In this document: piece by piece, positions 14,716-28,000 of the stretch
Numbering within the stretch: the first letter of the stretch is position 1
Layout: each line of letters starts with the position of its first letter
The notes under the pieces: model-generated
Database searches by the model: none
What the model saw: the letters and a program-made list of their open reading frames with translations, nothing else
Told to the model about the DNA's origin: nothing
Made by a program: the position numbers and the translations under genes
Assembly (NCBI GenBank): GCA_964016885.1
Contig: OZ024741.1
Span: 169,632,001 to 169,696,000, forward strand
Direction of reading: 5' to 3'
DNA from: Eledone cirrhosa
Taxonomy: Eukaryota
DNA: 64,000 bases

Positions 14716-15950
14716 TTCACAATGTGTAGTAACCTATCTTATTGCTATATGTCCGTACATGTACTGTTATTCTGTTCACAATGTGTAGTAACCAATCTTA
14801 TTGCTATATGTCCGTACATGTACTGTTATTCTGTTCACAATGTGTAGTAACCTATCTTATTGCTATGTGTCCGTACATGTACTGTTATTCTGTTCACAAT
14901 GTGTAGTAACCTATCTTATTGCTATATGTCCGTACATGTACTGTTATTCTGTTCACAATGTGTAGTAACCAATCTTATTGCTATGTGTCCGTACATGTAC
15001 TGTTATTCTGTTCACAATGTGTAGTAACCTATCTTATTGCTATGTGTCCGTACATGTACTGTTATTCTGTTCACAATGTGTAGTAACCAATCTTATTGCT
15101 ATATGTCCGTACATGTACTGTTATTCTGTTCACAATGTGTAGTAACCTATCTTATTGCTATGTGTCCGTACATGTACTGTTATTCTGTTCACAATGTGTA
15201 GTAACCAATCTTATTGCTATGTGTCCGTACATGTACTGTTCTTCTGTTCACAATGTGTAGTAACCAATCTTATAGCTATGTGTCCGTACATGTACTGTTC
15301 TTCTGTTCACAATGTGTAGTAACCAATCTTATTGCTATGTGTCCGTACATGTACTGTTCGTCTGTTCACAATGTGTAGTAACCAATCTTATTGCTATGTG
15401 TCCGTACATGTACTGTTCTTCTGTTCACAATGTGTAGTAACCTATCTTATAGCTATATGTCCGTACATTTACTGTTATTCTGTTCACAATGTGTAGTAAC
15501 CAATCTTATTGCTATGTGTCCGTACATGTACTGTTCTTCTGTTCACAATGTGTAGTAACCTATCTTATTGCTATATGTCCGTACATGTACTATTATTCTG
15601 TTCACAATGTGTAGTAACCAATCTTATAGCTATGTGTCCGTACATGTACTGTTCTTCTGTTCACAATGTGTAGTAACCAATCTTATAGCTATACGTCCGT
15701 ACATGAACTGCTATTCTGTTCATAATGTGTAGTAACCTATTGCTATATGTCCGTACATGTACTGTTATTCTGTTCACAATGTGTAGTAACCAATCTTATA
15801 GCTATACGTCCGTACATGTACTGTTATTCTGTTCACAATGTGTAGTAACCAATCTTATTGCTATATGTCCGTACATGTACTGTTATTCTGTTCACAATGT
15901 GTAGTAACCTATCTTATTGCTATATGTCCGTACATGTACTGTTATTCTGT
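14716..15950. repeat. 59-bp minisatellite, block 1 (about 21 copies)
   Basis: Unit TTCACAATGTGTAGTAACCWATCTTATTGCTATRTGTCCGTACATGTACTGTTATTCTG; shifts by 1 per 60-nt line. Confidence 0.97.
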
Positions 15951-16284
15951 AGCAGTTGCCTCCCTTGTTGTGACACTCACAACCCCAATATATTAACACC
16001 ATCTAGACAGGAAGTAGAACCCTTTCTGTAACTTCCGGTCAGAACCCTATAAAACTAACAACTTTAAGTTCTCACCCTCTCATTTGCCCTACCGGCGCCT
16101 GGCCTTCGCCAGACGTCTTCTGCTAGCCGCGTTTGCCTGGCAATCAAAACGGTAACTACTAACTTTGCTTCATTCTTTCGTTTATTCATCGACATGTCAA
16201 CTATACTGTTAAATTGTTGATTAAATATTATACACACAAACCATGTCTCCTTGTTACATTCATACAACCCAGTTCACTGCTATA
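15948..16284 (+). mobile_element. LTR of an LTR retrotransposon (probably Gypsy/Ty3), internal region mostly lost
   Basis: Termini TGTAGCAG...CTGCTATA (one change from CTGCTACA), TATAAAA box near 16048, immediately followed by a PBS. Confidence 0.75.
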
Positions 16285-16285
16285 T

Positions 16286-16303
16286 TGGTAACCCTGACGT
16301 GAT
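16286..16303 (+). promoter_or_regulatory. Primer binding site complementary to the tRNA-Trp 3' end
   Basis: TGGTAACCCTGACGTGAT versus the expected TGGTGACCCCGACGTGAT (2 mismatches), 1 nt after the LTR. Confidence 0.8.
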
Positions 16304-16660
16304 ACAAACACGCAGCCGTTCATTGTTATAAGTGGTCACCCCGAAAAAAGAAAAAAATAGCGGAATCTGGTGTTGTGTGAGTAACATTACGAATACACAG
16401 CAAATTTATTGACAAACTATGAAAATACTCAGTCAAAGAAACGCACACACGCACATGTGAAACTTTCGTGCAGACACTCTTTTTCCCTCACGCATCCACT
16501 AACTGTCGCAGTTTGCTGTATATATATATATGTTTCTCCAAGAAACGAACACACCACGCACATGTGAAATTCGCGTTCAGACAGACTTTTTCTCTCACGC
16601 ATCAACTAACTGTCGCATTTCACGATATATATATATATGTTTCTCGTTTCTTACAACGAA

Positions 16661-17558
16661 CACTGTTCTTCTGTTCACAATGTGTAGTAACCAATCTTAT
16701 AGCTATATGTCCGTACATGTCCTGTTCTTCTGTTCACAATGTGTAGTAACCAATCTTATTGCTATGTGTCCGTACATGTACTGTTATTCTGTTCACAATG
16801 TGTAGTAACCAATCTTATTGCTATGTGTCCGTACATGTACTGTTATTCTGTTCACAATGTGTAGTAACCAATCTTATTGCTATATGTCCGTACATGTACT
16901 GTTATTCTGTTCACAAGGTGTAGTAACCAATCCTATTGCTATGTGTCCGTACATGTACTCTTATTCTGTTCACAATGTGTAGTAACCAATCTTATTGCTA
17001 TGTGTCCGTACATGTACTGTTATTCTGTTCACAATGTGTAGTAACCTATCCTATTGCTATATGTCCGTACATGTCCTGTTATTCTGTTCACAATGTGTAG
17101 TAACCTATCTTATTGCTATGTGTCCGTACATGTACTGTTATTCTGTTCACAAGGTGTAGTAACCAATCCTATTGCTATGTGTCCGTACATGTACTCTTAT
17201 TCTGTTCACAATGTGTAGTAACCAATCTTATTGCTATGTGTCCGTACATGTACTGTTATTCTGTTCACAATGTGTAGTAACCAATCTTATTGCTATATGT
17301 CCGTACATGTACTGTTATTCTGTTCACAATGTGTAGTAACCTATCTTATAGCTATATATCCGTACATGTACTCTTATTCTGTTCACAATGTGTAGTAACC
17401 AATCTTATTGCTATGTGTCCGTACATGTACTGTTATTCTGTTCACAATGTGTAGTAACCTATCCTATTGCTATATGTCCGTACATGTCCTGTTATTCTGT
17501 TCACAATGTGTAGTAACCTATCTTATTGCTATGTGTCCGTACATGTACTGTTATTCTG
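16661..17558. repeat. 59-bp minisatellite, block 2 (about 15 copies)
   Basis: Same unit as 14716-15950. Confidence 0.97.
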
Positions 17559-17707
17559 CAGTCGAAAGTTCATCTCCTAACTAACCTTAGTTCTGCTGAT
17601 AATAATGAAGATACAGAGCAAAGTTCAACCGCACAGAGACCAATAATTATTAGCTATCATCATTATTCTCAAGATAATCATTTCTAACATCATCAATAAC
17701 ACCACCA

Positions 17708-17920
17708 TCTTCTTCTTCTTCTTCTTCTTCTTCTTCTTCTTCTTCTTCTTCTTCTTCTTCTTCTTCTTCTTCTTCTTCTTCTTCTTCTTCTTCTTCTTCT
17801 TCTTCTTCTTCTTCTTCTTCTTCTTCTTCTTCTTCTTCTTCTTCTTCTTCTTCTTCTTCTTCTTCTTCTTCTTCTTCTTCTTCTTCTCCTCCTCCTCCTC
17901 CTCCTCCTCCCCCTCCTTCT
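17708..17920. repeat. (CTT)n/(CTC)n microsatellite
   Basis: Direct reading; source of the poly-K ORF. Confidence 0.97.
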
Positions 17921-18255
17921 TTGTCACATTAATGTAATCTTAGCTTGACTATCTTAATCAAGAAGAAAGCAACCAGGAAATTACAAAGGTCGGCATTCAA
18001 GTGACTACAGCATTGTTGGAAAAAGCCTTTTGTTACATTCTAACCATTATTACAACTCACAATTTCAAAACGAGTTGCAGTTGAAACACGATTGCCGCCA
18101 TTTCCAATTCACTTCTCATATTCATAATTACTGCATTGCAAATAATGACCTGTAGTGATGGAAACATTTTTCTTAGAACTTATGTTTTAGAGGGTATGTG
18201 GGGGTTTATCTTATTCACACATATAACACACACACACACACACACAAACACACAG

Positions 18256-18286
<31 letters not shown>

Positions 18287-18706
18287 GACACAACTACACA
18301 CACACACACACATGTGCATATGTATATAGTGCCGCACTCTAATGACAGATACCAGTTAAAGAATGAAAGAATATATACTATGTATATATGCATGTATATA
18401 TCTGTGCACGTGTAGTGTTTATGTGTTAAATCACGCCTAGAATACACACACACACACACATACACACACATACACACACATACACACACATACACACACA
18501 TACACACACACACACACACACATATATATATGTATAATAATGATAATAATAATATATATATATATTTTTTTTTAATTATAATCAATGTGCTGTATTAACT
18601 AGCTTACCAATGCACACTGTGAATTTATTTGCCCTAGGTGTCAGGAAGACACTCGGCATATATCTCAGAAACAATAATGAAAGAAAATAAAAATAATAAT
18701 AATAAT

Positions 18707-18897
18707 AATTGTTTATACTTTTTGCACAAGGCCAGCAATTATCTCAGTGTATTACTGGTACTTTATTTTATCGACCCCCGTAAGGATGAAAGGCAAAGTT
18801 AACCTCGGCGGGATTTGAACTCAGTCCATAAAAGGCCGTAACTCTTTGCTGCAAAGCATGGCGTCCGACTCTCTACCGATACTGCCAAACCACCGCC
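18707..18897 (-). mobile_element. tRNA-derived SINE (central domain resembles the MetaSINE type)
   Basis: Reverse complement of the copy at 23658-23850; A box TGGCAGTATCGG, B box GAGTTCAAATCC. Confidence 0.85.
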
Positions 18898-18899
18898 TT

Positions 18900-18931
<32 letters not shown>

Positions 18932-18939
18932 GAAGAAGA

Positions 18940-19172
18940 AGTCAAAGTGATCCCGATTGTCATAGGCGCACTGGGGACTATCTCCAAAAGTTTCCAGGGA
19001 TGGTTAAAGAAAATCGGCCCCTTCACGCTTTTTGGAACGCTTCAAAAGGCATGCTTGCTTGGAACAGCAAGAACCCTCCGATACGTCCTGAATATCTGAG
19101 GCTGCAGGTAGTGGCTTGATATTCAATCCAACGGACTTTCCAGTTAACCAACATCAATGACTGAGATTCAAG
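18940..19172 (+). mobile_element. 3' fragment of the R4/Dong-type LINE in a (TAA)n tract
   Basis: Close match to 22958-23192 (IVIGALGTI..LQKACLLGTART.RYVL plus 3' UTR). Confidence 0.85.
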
Positions 19173-19234
19173 GAATAACAATAATAATAATAATAATAAT
19201 AATAATATAATAATATAATAATAAAAATAATAAG

Positions 19235-22200
19235 TCGAAGAAGAAGGAAAGGGACAAGAACCAACTGGACAAAAGAATTGAATATAACTGTCATGAAATG
19301 TTACCTGAAGAGTAACCCCATGGAAAAAAGGCTATAGGAAACGGATGCATAACATCTGGAACGAGATTGGTCTATTTAAATTAGATGAACAAAAATTGGC
19401 CGGGCAGGCTCGTGTAATAAGAACTAATGGATGGATAAGCGAGTTGGAACTGGAGGAACTGAGCAGAGAGATTAAGTTGGAAATGGAGGAGAGTGGAGTA
19501 TGTCAGGCAAACGAGCCAGTGGGAAATGAAGGTGAAGAGGTTCAGAGACCTGAGGAAGCATCCGAAGCAGACAATGATCTGAATGCTGAAATATATAACA
19601 TCTGGAACAAAGATACGGCCATTGAGGAAATGAATGCTGACGGCCTAGGACAAGATTTGGTTGATATCGTGAACTTAGTGGTAGATGAAATGAATAATGA
19701 TAGTGGAAAACCTATGAACCTAAGATTTGTAGACAGGAAAAAGTTAAAAGAAACAACAGCTAAGGTAAACAAAGTCATCCCATACCTTGAGGCGAGGAAC
19801 CTTCACCAATGCAACAATATCCTCAAAGCAACAGCAAATGCGGTGAGGAAATTACTTGGCATAAAAACGAGAGGAAACAACAAACAAGAAAGATCAGAAC
19901 CTTGGTGGAAGAAACGACTGAATGGTCAAATCAAGGAAATGAGAAAAGAGATTGGAAAGCTTGAGTCCTTACTGAATGGGACATTACAAATCATAGACAC
20001 TAAAGATAGATTGGAAATAAAATACAAAACTAGGGGGGAAAATCTAAATATTAACATAGAAGAACTGAAGCAACGTGTAGTGACCTACATTCCGCGGGCT
20101 CACATACATTCTCTATGCGTGATTTGGCTCAGTTCAGCCAATCAGCGCCAGTAGAAGAGGATGTATCCCTACGCGCCCTGAGGAAGAAATTCCCCGCGAA
20201 GATTTGAAGAATCTCTCTCTTGTACCAGAAACTTCGAGCCAGCAACACGCATAATGTAACGGTGAGATATTGCACCCTAGCCTCGCCGGCTTAACGGCGC
20301 GATGGCACATTCCCTTTTGTAACCTCTTTTTATCTGTAACTTCAACCATATAAGTTAACAAACATTGTTTGTGCTACATCAAAAATAAACATACATTTCA
20401 TCTCTAATTTCTGCTGTTGAAATCATTATTATGTTACTCGTGTCTCAATAACATCTATAATCCATGCTGCTGGAATTGGCGACCTGAGAAAAGGGATATT
20501 GTAAATACTAAGATGGTAAATAGATCGAGGGACCTTCCCTCACGTCTATGTCGACAAGATAATCCAACGAGGATACTATCACTTACCACACTGGCAACTA
20601 ACGACCATCAATCATCTACCCTGTTAAAGTGGCGACCACTCAATCAATACCCTGCTAAAAACGCATTGTAGCAAAAAGTGCAAAGATTAAGCGGTATGAG
20701 AACAGAGTCAGTCAGTATAGACAGAACCGCATGTTTGACAACAACCATAAGATGTTGTTTGGACAGCTTCAAGGGAAAGAAAGAGGCAACGACATGATCC
20801 CTGAGGCGGAACAGACTAAGACATTCTGGAGAGGAATATGAGAGCAGGATGTTGAACATAATAGTCAGGCAGTGTGGATTGAGACAGTTCAAAAGGAGAT
20901 TAGTAAACAGGCACACCAACAAACTGATTTGAGTATCACAGTTGAAACTCTTAAAGGGTAGGCCAAAAAACTAACCAACTGGAAATCACCAGGCCCAGAT
21001 GGTGTGCAAAGGTATTGGATTAAAAACATAACATCGCTCCACCCGAAACTGACAACCATGTTCAATGACTGCTTGATGTCGGGTGAGGTACCAGAGTGGT
21101 TGACAAAAGGTACCACAATTCTGGTAATGAAAGACCGAATCAAGGGTAATGATGTTACCAACTATAGGCCCATCACATGTCTGTCCGTAATGTGGAAACT
21201 GTTAACAAGCTTTGAGTCTGAGGAAATCTACCATCACTTCCACACAAACAACTTGCTACCGGACGAACAGAAAGGATGCCGAAAGACGTCCCGTGGTACA
21301 AAAGACCAGTTACTTATTGATAAGATTGTAATGAAGAATTGCAAGAGGAAGCACACTGGTCTTGCCATGGAATGGATAGATTACAAAAAGGCATTCGACA
21401 TAGTACCTCATTCTTGGATGACCAAAAGCCTAGAGATCTTCAAGGTGGTAGATAACATCAGACAGTTGTTGAGCAAAAGTATTAAGTCCTGGGAAACAGA
21501 GTTAACATCGGGTGGAGAATCCTTGGGAGGCGTGAAGATCAAGAGAGTTATCTTCCAGGGAGATAGTTTGTCCCCTCTGCTGTTTGTCCTTGCCCTGATA
21601 CCCCTGACCGTTATATTGCGAAAAGTGAGAGCAGGATACAAGTTGGGAAAAGGAGAGCTTACCATCAACCACCTCCCCTTCATGGACGATCTTAAACTCT
21701 TTGGGAAGAGTGTGAAGGAGTTGGATGTACTTGTTGGCTGACACTGTCCGTATTTTCAGCAATGATATATGTATGGAATTTGATATTAATAAGTGTGGAA
21801 TCCTAGTGATGAAGAGAGGTAAATTGAGCAGAAGCAACGGAATCCAGGTACCAGGTGAGATGATAAAGGAAATTGACACTGAGGAGGGATACAAATATTT
21901 AGGTGTTCTGGAGGCAGATGACATCAAGAACAAAAAAAAAATGAAGGAATTGATAAGATCTGAGTACATAAAGAGAGTAAGGAGCGTATTAAAATCACAT
22001 CTAAATAGTAGGAATGTCATAAGTGCAGTGAATTCCCGAACTGTATCTATTATCAGGTACAATGCGGGAATTCTGAAATGGAATGTTGCCGAACAAAAAT
22101 CAAATCGATAGGAAGACTAGGAAGCTATTGACTATCTACAACACGTTCCACAAGAGGAGTGATGTCAATAGACTGTACTTAAAGAGATCTGAAGGTGGAA

Positions 22201-23192
22201 GAGGTCTTATCAGCATAGAGGACTGTGTTCAGATGGAGAAAAACAATCTGCACAAATACGTGTCTGACAGTAGGGAGCCAATGCTCAAAATTGTACTGAA
22301 GGAGACGACAATAGACCAGGGGATGACCAAGGAGGAAATAACAACAAAGAGAAAGAGCAACCTTCATGAAAAATCCCTTCATAGTACCCTCTTTAGGAAA
22401 ACTGAACTTAGAGATCCACAGACATGGAACTGATTAAAAAGAGGAGACCTTAAAAAAGCTACAGAAGGAATGCTAATGGCTGCGCAAGAGCAAGCCCTCA
22501 GAACAAAGTGGGTGAAACACCATATTTACAAGGAGGAGTCTAGCTCACTGTGTAGGATCTGTGGAGGGAGAAAGGAGACTGTGGCTCACATTGTATCCGA
22601 GTGTAAACAGCTAGCCCAGACTCACTATAAAGGCTGGAGACATGATGTGATAGGCAGGGTGATCCACTGGCATCTATGCAAAGTAAACAATTTACCACAT
22701 TCTGAGAAGTGGTATGAGCATAAGCCAGAGTCGGTGATAGAAAACGATCAGATGACGGATTTTAGGATACAGACGGACAAGAAATTAGAACACAATAGGC
22801 TTGACCTGGTGGGTTTCTTACAAGGAAAAAAGATCGTGCCTGATTGTAGATGTAGCCTGCCAATTTAACATGAGAGTACAAGAAAAGAAGAGGGAGAAAA
22901 TTAACCGATACCAGGATTTAAAGTGGGCGTTAAAAAGGATTTGGAACTGCCATGAGATCAAGGTTGTCTCGATTGTCATAGGTGCACTAGGTACTATCTC
23001 AAGGAGTTTCCAAGGATGGTTAAAGAAGATTAGTCTAGCCCCCTTTTTCGGAACACTTCAAAAGGCATGCTTGCTGGGAACAGCAAGAACCTTCCGATAC
23101 GTCCTGAATACCTGAGGCTGCAGGTAGCGGCTTGGTATTCATTCCAACAAACTTTCCAGTTAACTAACATCAATGACTGAGACTCAAAGAAT
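19235..23192 (+). mobile_element. Near full-length R4/Dong-clade non-LTR retrotransposon (RT, CCHC, restriction-like endonuclease), disrupted
   Basis: NYRPITCL, EQKGCRK, WIDYKKAFD, IFQGDSLSPLLF, FMDDLKLF, YKYLG, GGRGL, CRIC...HIVSEC, RHD, LQKACLLGT. Several stops and frameshifts; (TAA)n lies upstream. Confidence 0.92.
20076..20659. mobile_element. Solo LTR inserted in the R4 LINE
   Basis: TGTAG...CTAAA termini with 4-bp TSD AACG (20072-75 and 20660-63). Removing it restores EELKQRIVAKSAKIKRY, matching ELKQRVIAKCAKIKRY in the copy at 35935-36216. Confidence 0.75.
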
Positions 23193-23194
23193 AA

Positions 23195-23402
23195 GGATTT
23201 CTTATATAGGGACAAAGCCAGCAATTTTGGTGGAGGGCAAAGTCGATTAAATCGACCCCAGTGCGTGACTGGTACTTTATTTTATCGACCTCGTAAGGAT
23301 GATAGGCAAAGTTAATATCGGCGGGATTTGAACTCAGACCATAAAGGGCCGTAACTCTTTTGCTGCAAAGCATGGCGTCCGTCCTTCTACCGATACTGCC
23401 AA
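23195..23402 (-). mobile_element. tRNA-derived SINE (longer-tail subfamily)
   Basis: Same core as 23658-23850, on the minus strand. Confidence 0.8.
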
Positions 23403-23532
23403 TGTTAATGGTGTCTGACGCTCTGCCGATACTGCCAATCCACCATAATAATAATAATTGTTTCTACTTTTGGCACAAGGCCAGCAATCACCCAGTGCAT
23501 TACTGGTACTTTATTTTATCGACCCCGGAAGG

Positions 23533-23628
23533 TAAGGAGCGGGGACGAGGTATCAATATAGCATCATTATGTTTATTCAGATGAATAAACATAATGATAA
23601 TATATTGATACCTCGTCCCTGCTCCTTA
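23533..23628. repeat. About 96-bp near-perfect hairpin between SINE pieces
   Basis: TAAGGAGC.GGGACGAGGTATCAATATA..CATTATGTTTATTCA / TGAATAAACATAATG..TATATTGATACCTCGTCCC.GCTCCTTA. Confidence 0.85.
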
Positions 23629-23657
23629 TTATCATTATCACTATTATTATTATTATT

Positions 23658-23850
23658 GGTGGATTGGCAGTATCGGTAGAGGGTCGGACGCTATGCTTTG
23701 CAGCATAGAGTTACGTCCCTTTACGGTCTGAGTTCAAATCCCGCCGAGGTTAACTTTGCCTTTCATCCTTACGGGGTCGATAAAATAAAGTACCAGTAAT
23801 ACATTGGGATAATTGCTGGCCTTGTGCCTAAAGTAGGTACAATTATTATT
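23658..23850 (+). mobile_element. Full-length tRNA-derived SINE; other copies at 23455-23532, 37333-37432, 44770-44935, 47745-47815, 63283-63660, 63940-64000
   Basis: GGTGGATTGGCAGTATCGGTAGAG head, B box, GCCTTTCATCCTTACGGGGTCGATAAAATAAAGTACCAG core, (ATT)n tail. Confidence 0.88.
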
Positions 23851-23859
23851 ATTATTGTT

Positions 23860-24115
23860 CCTTCACTCAGCTTCTAACGCAGGAGATGTATTCCAGTGTT
23901 AGCAGTTCACTACTAGTGAACTGAGGTAATATTCCTTATTTTTCGAGTACCCATCGGAGTATTCGATCAATGCTGTGTTTTGTAAGTGTTCTATCCATAT
24001 TGCAATACCTATTTGCTTAATATACTTCTCAAGATCTTTACTCACTTTTCCCAAGGCTCTAACTATTATTGGTATTACCATCGCCTTTTTCAGTGACCAC
24101 AACTGCTTAAAGTGA
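23860..24115 (-). mobile_element. 3' fragment of another R4-type LINE
   Basis: LWSLKKAMVIPIIVRALGKVSKDLEKY...HLQNTAL, an RLE C-terminus. Confidence 0.7.
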
Positions 24116-24320
24116 CCACAACTGACGAGGCTGGATAGGCCTGCTCCGACTATACTTTTTAAAGCAGGTGGAAGGAAACCAAGAAAACGTATATTTAATG
24201 TCCGTGATGTAACAGAATAATCCGGAGTTTTGTGTGGAGTTATCCTTAGATTTATTCTAAAATGTTATCCCCTCCTATTGGGGAATAGGTCCTAGTTGTT
24301 AGTTCTATTCTTATCATAAA

Positions 24321-25041
24321 TCTATATACTACTAAAACTCTGATCTTGCGTGCTTGCTTGCTTGTCTGTTATGTAATACAGCCAAAAGGGCGCATAATGG
24401 GTAAATACTTTGAAAGCAAGTTGCCTCTGAAAAGGGAATACAAATTGAATAAAAGAAGTTTGACGAAAATCTGACCCCGGGTTCCCGAGATTCGCGGGTT
24501 TTGGGGGTACCTTCGTAAATAGAGACAACGGTGCATACTGGGAAAATACCTAGAAATTAACATAACCCGCAAAACTTCGTAAATAGCCAAAACATTGCAT
24601 AATGAGAAAATACTCTGAATAAAACAAGTTTGGCGTAAATCGCACATGGACAATATTTTCAATTTTCCAAAAATAGCAAGGAATTCATTTAAATTCAATT
24701 TATCTTATTTTTAATGAATATCGAAAGAAATAATCCGTTTGTTTTTTGGTTGTCCATTCTGTAGGTAAGAGAGCCAGAGAGGGGGTGAGAGAGAGAAATA
24801 GAGAGAGAGAAAAAGAGAGAGAAGAGAGAGAGAGAGAGTGAGGGGACAGAGGGGGATTACAGATAGGGAAAGAGACAGCGTCCTTAACTTTTATTTATTT
24901 TAACTCTCCCCCTATCCATAACGTTATTTCTTTCTCTCTCTTTCACAGTTATACTGCCACCGTGTGTATCTGTATGCGTGCCAATGCATGTGTTTACGTA
25001 CTTAGAGACATGTGTGTGTGTGTAACAGTACTTAAGTTAGA

Positions 25042-25076
<35 letters not shown>

Positions 25077-28000
25077 GTGTGTGTGTGTGTGTGTGCATGT
25101 GTGTGGGATACCTTCGTAAATAGCCAAAACTGTGCATAATGGAAAAATAGCCCTGTAAGTGATATAACCCTGAAATGGGGATAAAACAGGTTTGACGTAA
25201 ATCGACATAAAAATATTTCTCGAATGATGAAAATAGTTTAATAATTATTAAAAAAAAACTTTTCAGTGATTTCTCAGTGAATATGATTTCAAAACTACAA
25301 GTTGTTTGTACTTCAAGTTTCTATATTCGAGACTTCTTTAAACAGACGATATTTTAATTATCAGAAAAGCATTAAAAATACCAGTTGGTGTTAAACAGTA
25401 GGTGTTTATATTTTTGCTTTTGTTAAAAAGAATATTTCAATTATTTAGAAATATTTTAAAGTGAATTTGATTTCACAAATAACCTTATTTACATAGACAA
25501 TATCTTCACTTTTTAAAAATTATTTTCAAGTGAATACGATGGAAAAATATTTCTTGGCATATTTAAAAAATATTCTTAAGTGAAAATGACTTAAAAAATA
25601 CAAATTATTTGTACATTGAGTATATATATTTCACCTTTCTTTAAACAGAATATTTTAATTATTATAAGTATTTTTTAAGTGAATATGATTTGAAAAATAC
25701 GAGTTGTTTAAACAGACAATATTTTTATTATTTAGAAATATTTCTAAATGATGATTTAAAAAAAAATATTTGTTGAGGTAATAGGAATTTTTTCTAAGGT
25801 GAATACGATTTTCTATTCTTAAATAATGCCTCGACGAGGAAGAAAGAAAACATCTGGTTGGTCTATCGATAGTGGAAAGAAAGCACAGCTAAGGAGAGCT
25901 GAAGAAGGTGAGCAAGATAGAGGTCAACGCCAACAAGATCGGGACAGGCATGCGAATAGAAGGATCGATGAGACTGATAAAGCAAGGGCTGCGCGTCTGG
26001 CGGAACAGAGGGAAAGAGACAGAAGCAGGAGAGATCATGAATCGGATGGTCGGAGAGCTGAGCGTCTGGCGGAACAGAAGGAAAGAGACAGAAGCAGGAG
26101 AGATCATGAATCGGATGGTTGGAGAGCTGAGCGTCTGGCGGAACAGAAGGAAAGAGACAGAAGAAGGAGAGATCATGAATCGGACGCTCGGAGAACTGAA
26201 CGTCTTTGCCAACAAACCATTAGGGATAGAGCAAGGACAGTTCAACGATGTGACCTCTCTGCTGATGTTGGACAGATGAATAAGATGTGTCTGTTGTCAT
26301 GCAATGCTTTTTCATGGTGAAACTGCTAACTTTTGCTGTATGAATGGAAAAGTCAGGTTGGGGAATCTGCAGCCTTTACCCCAAGAACTTCACAGTTTAT
26401 TTAGTACTGATCAACCTAGGGCAAACGAGTTCAGGAAGAACCTCAGACAATACAACTGCCTGTTCCAAATGACATCTTTTGGGGCCGAAGAAGTTCGTTC
26501 CTCAAGGAGTGGATGGAATCCTTCTATCGTTATTCATGGTCAAATTCACCATTACATCGGTTCTTTAACCCCTAATCCCAACAAATAACCCCAATTTCTT
26601 CAAATTTACTTCTTGGATCCTCAGGATAGTGTTGATTTGAGGATCAGGATACTCCATAACGATGGCATTCAGCGCGACATAGTTGAATTATTGGAAATAA
26701 TACTCAGACAATATAACCCTTACGTTGCTTCATTTCGACTGGCAAAAGAACAAATTAAAAATATTCCCGAAGCTTCGATTATTATTGATCCTGATAGGAG
26801 GCCAGCAATGGAACATGAGAGAAGATTCAATGCACAAACTGCAAACGAAGTTGCCGTTATTATACAAAACAGCACCGAACTTCAAGCAAAAGCACGGCAT
26901 ATTGTGTTGAAAGAAAAAGGCGGACAATTGCAAATAATCTCAGAGTCTCATCGATCCTATGACAGTTTGCAGTATGTTCTATTTTTTCCTTTTGGCGATG
27001 ACGGATGGCATCATGAGCTGTTACTGAGCAACAACAAGAAGTTGACGCCAATGCGCTACTATGCCTATCGAATAATGAACCTTGAGAATGAATTCAACCA
27101 ACTTCTCAGAGGCGGTCGTTTATTTCAGCAATATTTGGTTGACATGGCTGCGAAGATTGAAGGAGATAGACTGCAATACATCCGAATGAACCAAACATCA
27201 TTGCGATCTACAGCATACAAGGGCCTTACTGACGCATTGAATGATGATGACGATTTTCGCAATATTGGCAGGCGAATCATACTCTCTTCCACATTTGTCG
27301 GTGGACCGAGATATATGATGGAGCGATGCCAGGATGCCATGATGTTCATACGGAAGTACGGCAATCCTTCGTTCTTCACCACAATGACATGCAATCCAAA
27401 CTGGCCTGAATCCGGCAAAACCTATTCCTGAATAAGAAGCCACATGACAGGCCAGATTTAATTGCCAGAGTATTTGACCTGAAGCGGAAACTGTTAAGAA
27501 AGTATCTTACTGGAGTAGATGGCCTATTTGGCAAGTGCATTGCTTACGTGCTGACAGTCAAATATCAAAAGCGAGGTCTTCCCCATGTGCACTGTTTGCT
27601 ATGGCTCAATGAAGCCTCCAAGCCCAGACTGCAGGAATATGATAAATTTGTTCAAGCCGAAATACCAGATCCAAACAAAGATCCAGAGGGTCATGAATTG
27701 GTGCTGAAGCACATGATCCACGGTCCGAATTGCTCTAACAATTCGCCGTGTTGGAAAGATGGAACGTGTAGTAAGCGGTACCCTAAGCCTTTCAATGAAT
27801 ATACATTGTGTGGAGAGGACTCTTATCCTGTGTACAGAAGACGGTCTCCAGGAATAGGAGGATTTGAGGGGCACCAAGAAGGAAGGGGAAACCGAAATAT
27901 AACTTCGGAATGGGTGGTTCCCTACAATATGAAACTATTAAAACTGTTCAACTGCCACCTAAACGTAGAGATGTGCTCTTCTGTGAAATCGATCAAATAC

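Noticed and set aside
12070-17558. Regular repeats as a CRISPR array
   Set aside because: Units are contiguous with no unique spacers, there are no cas genes, and the context is eukaryotic.
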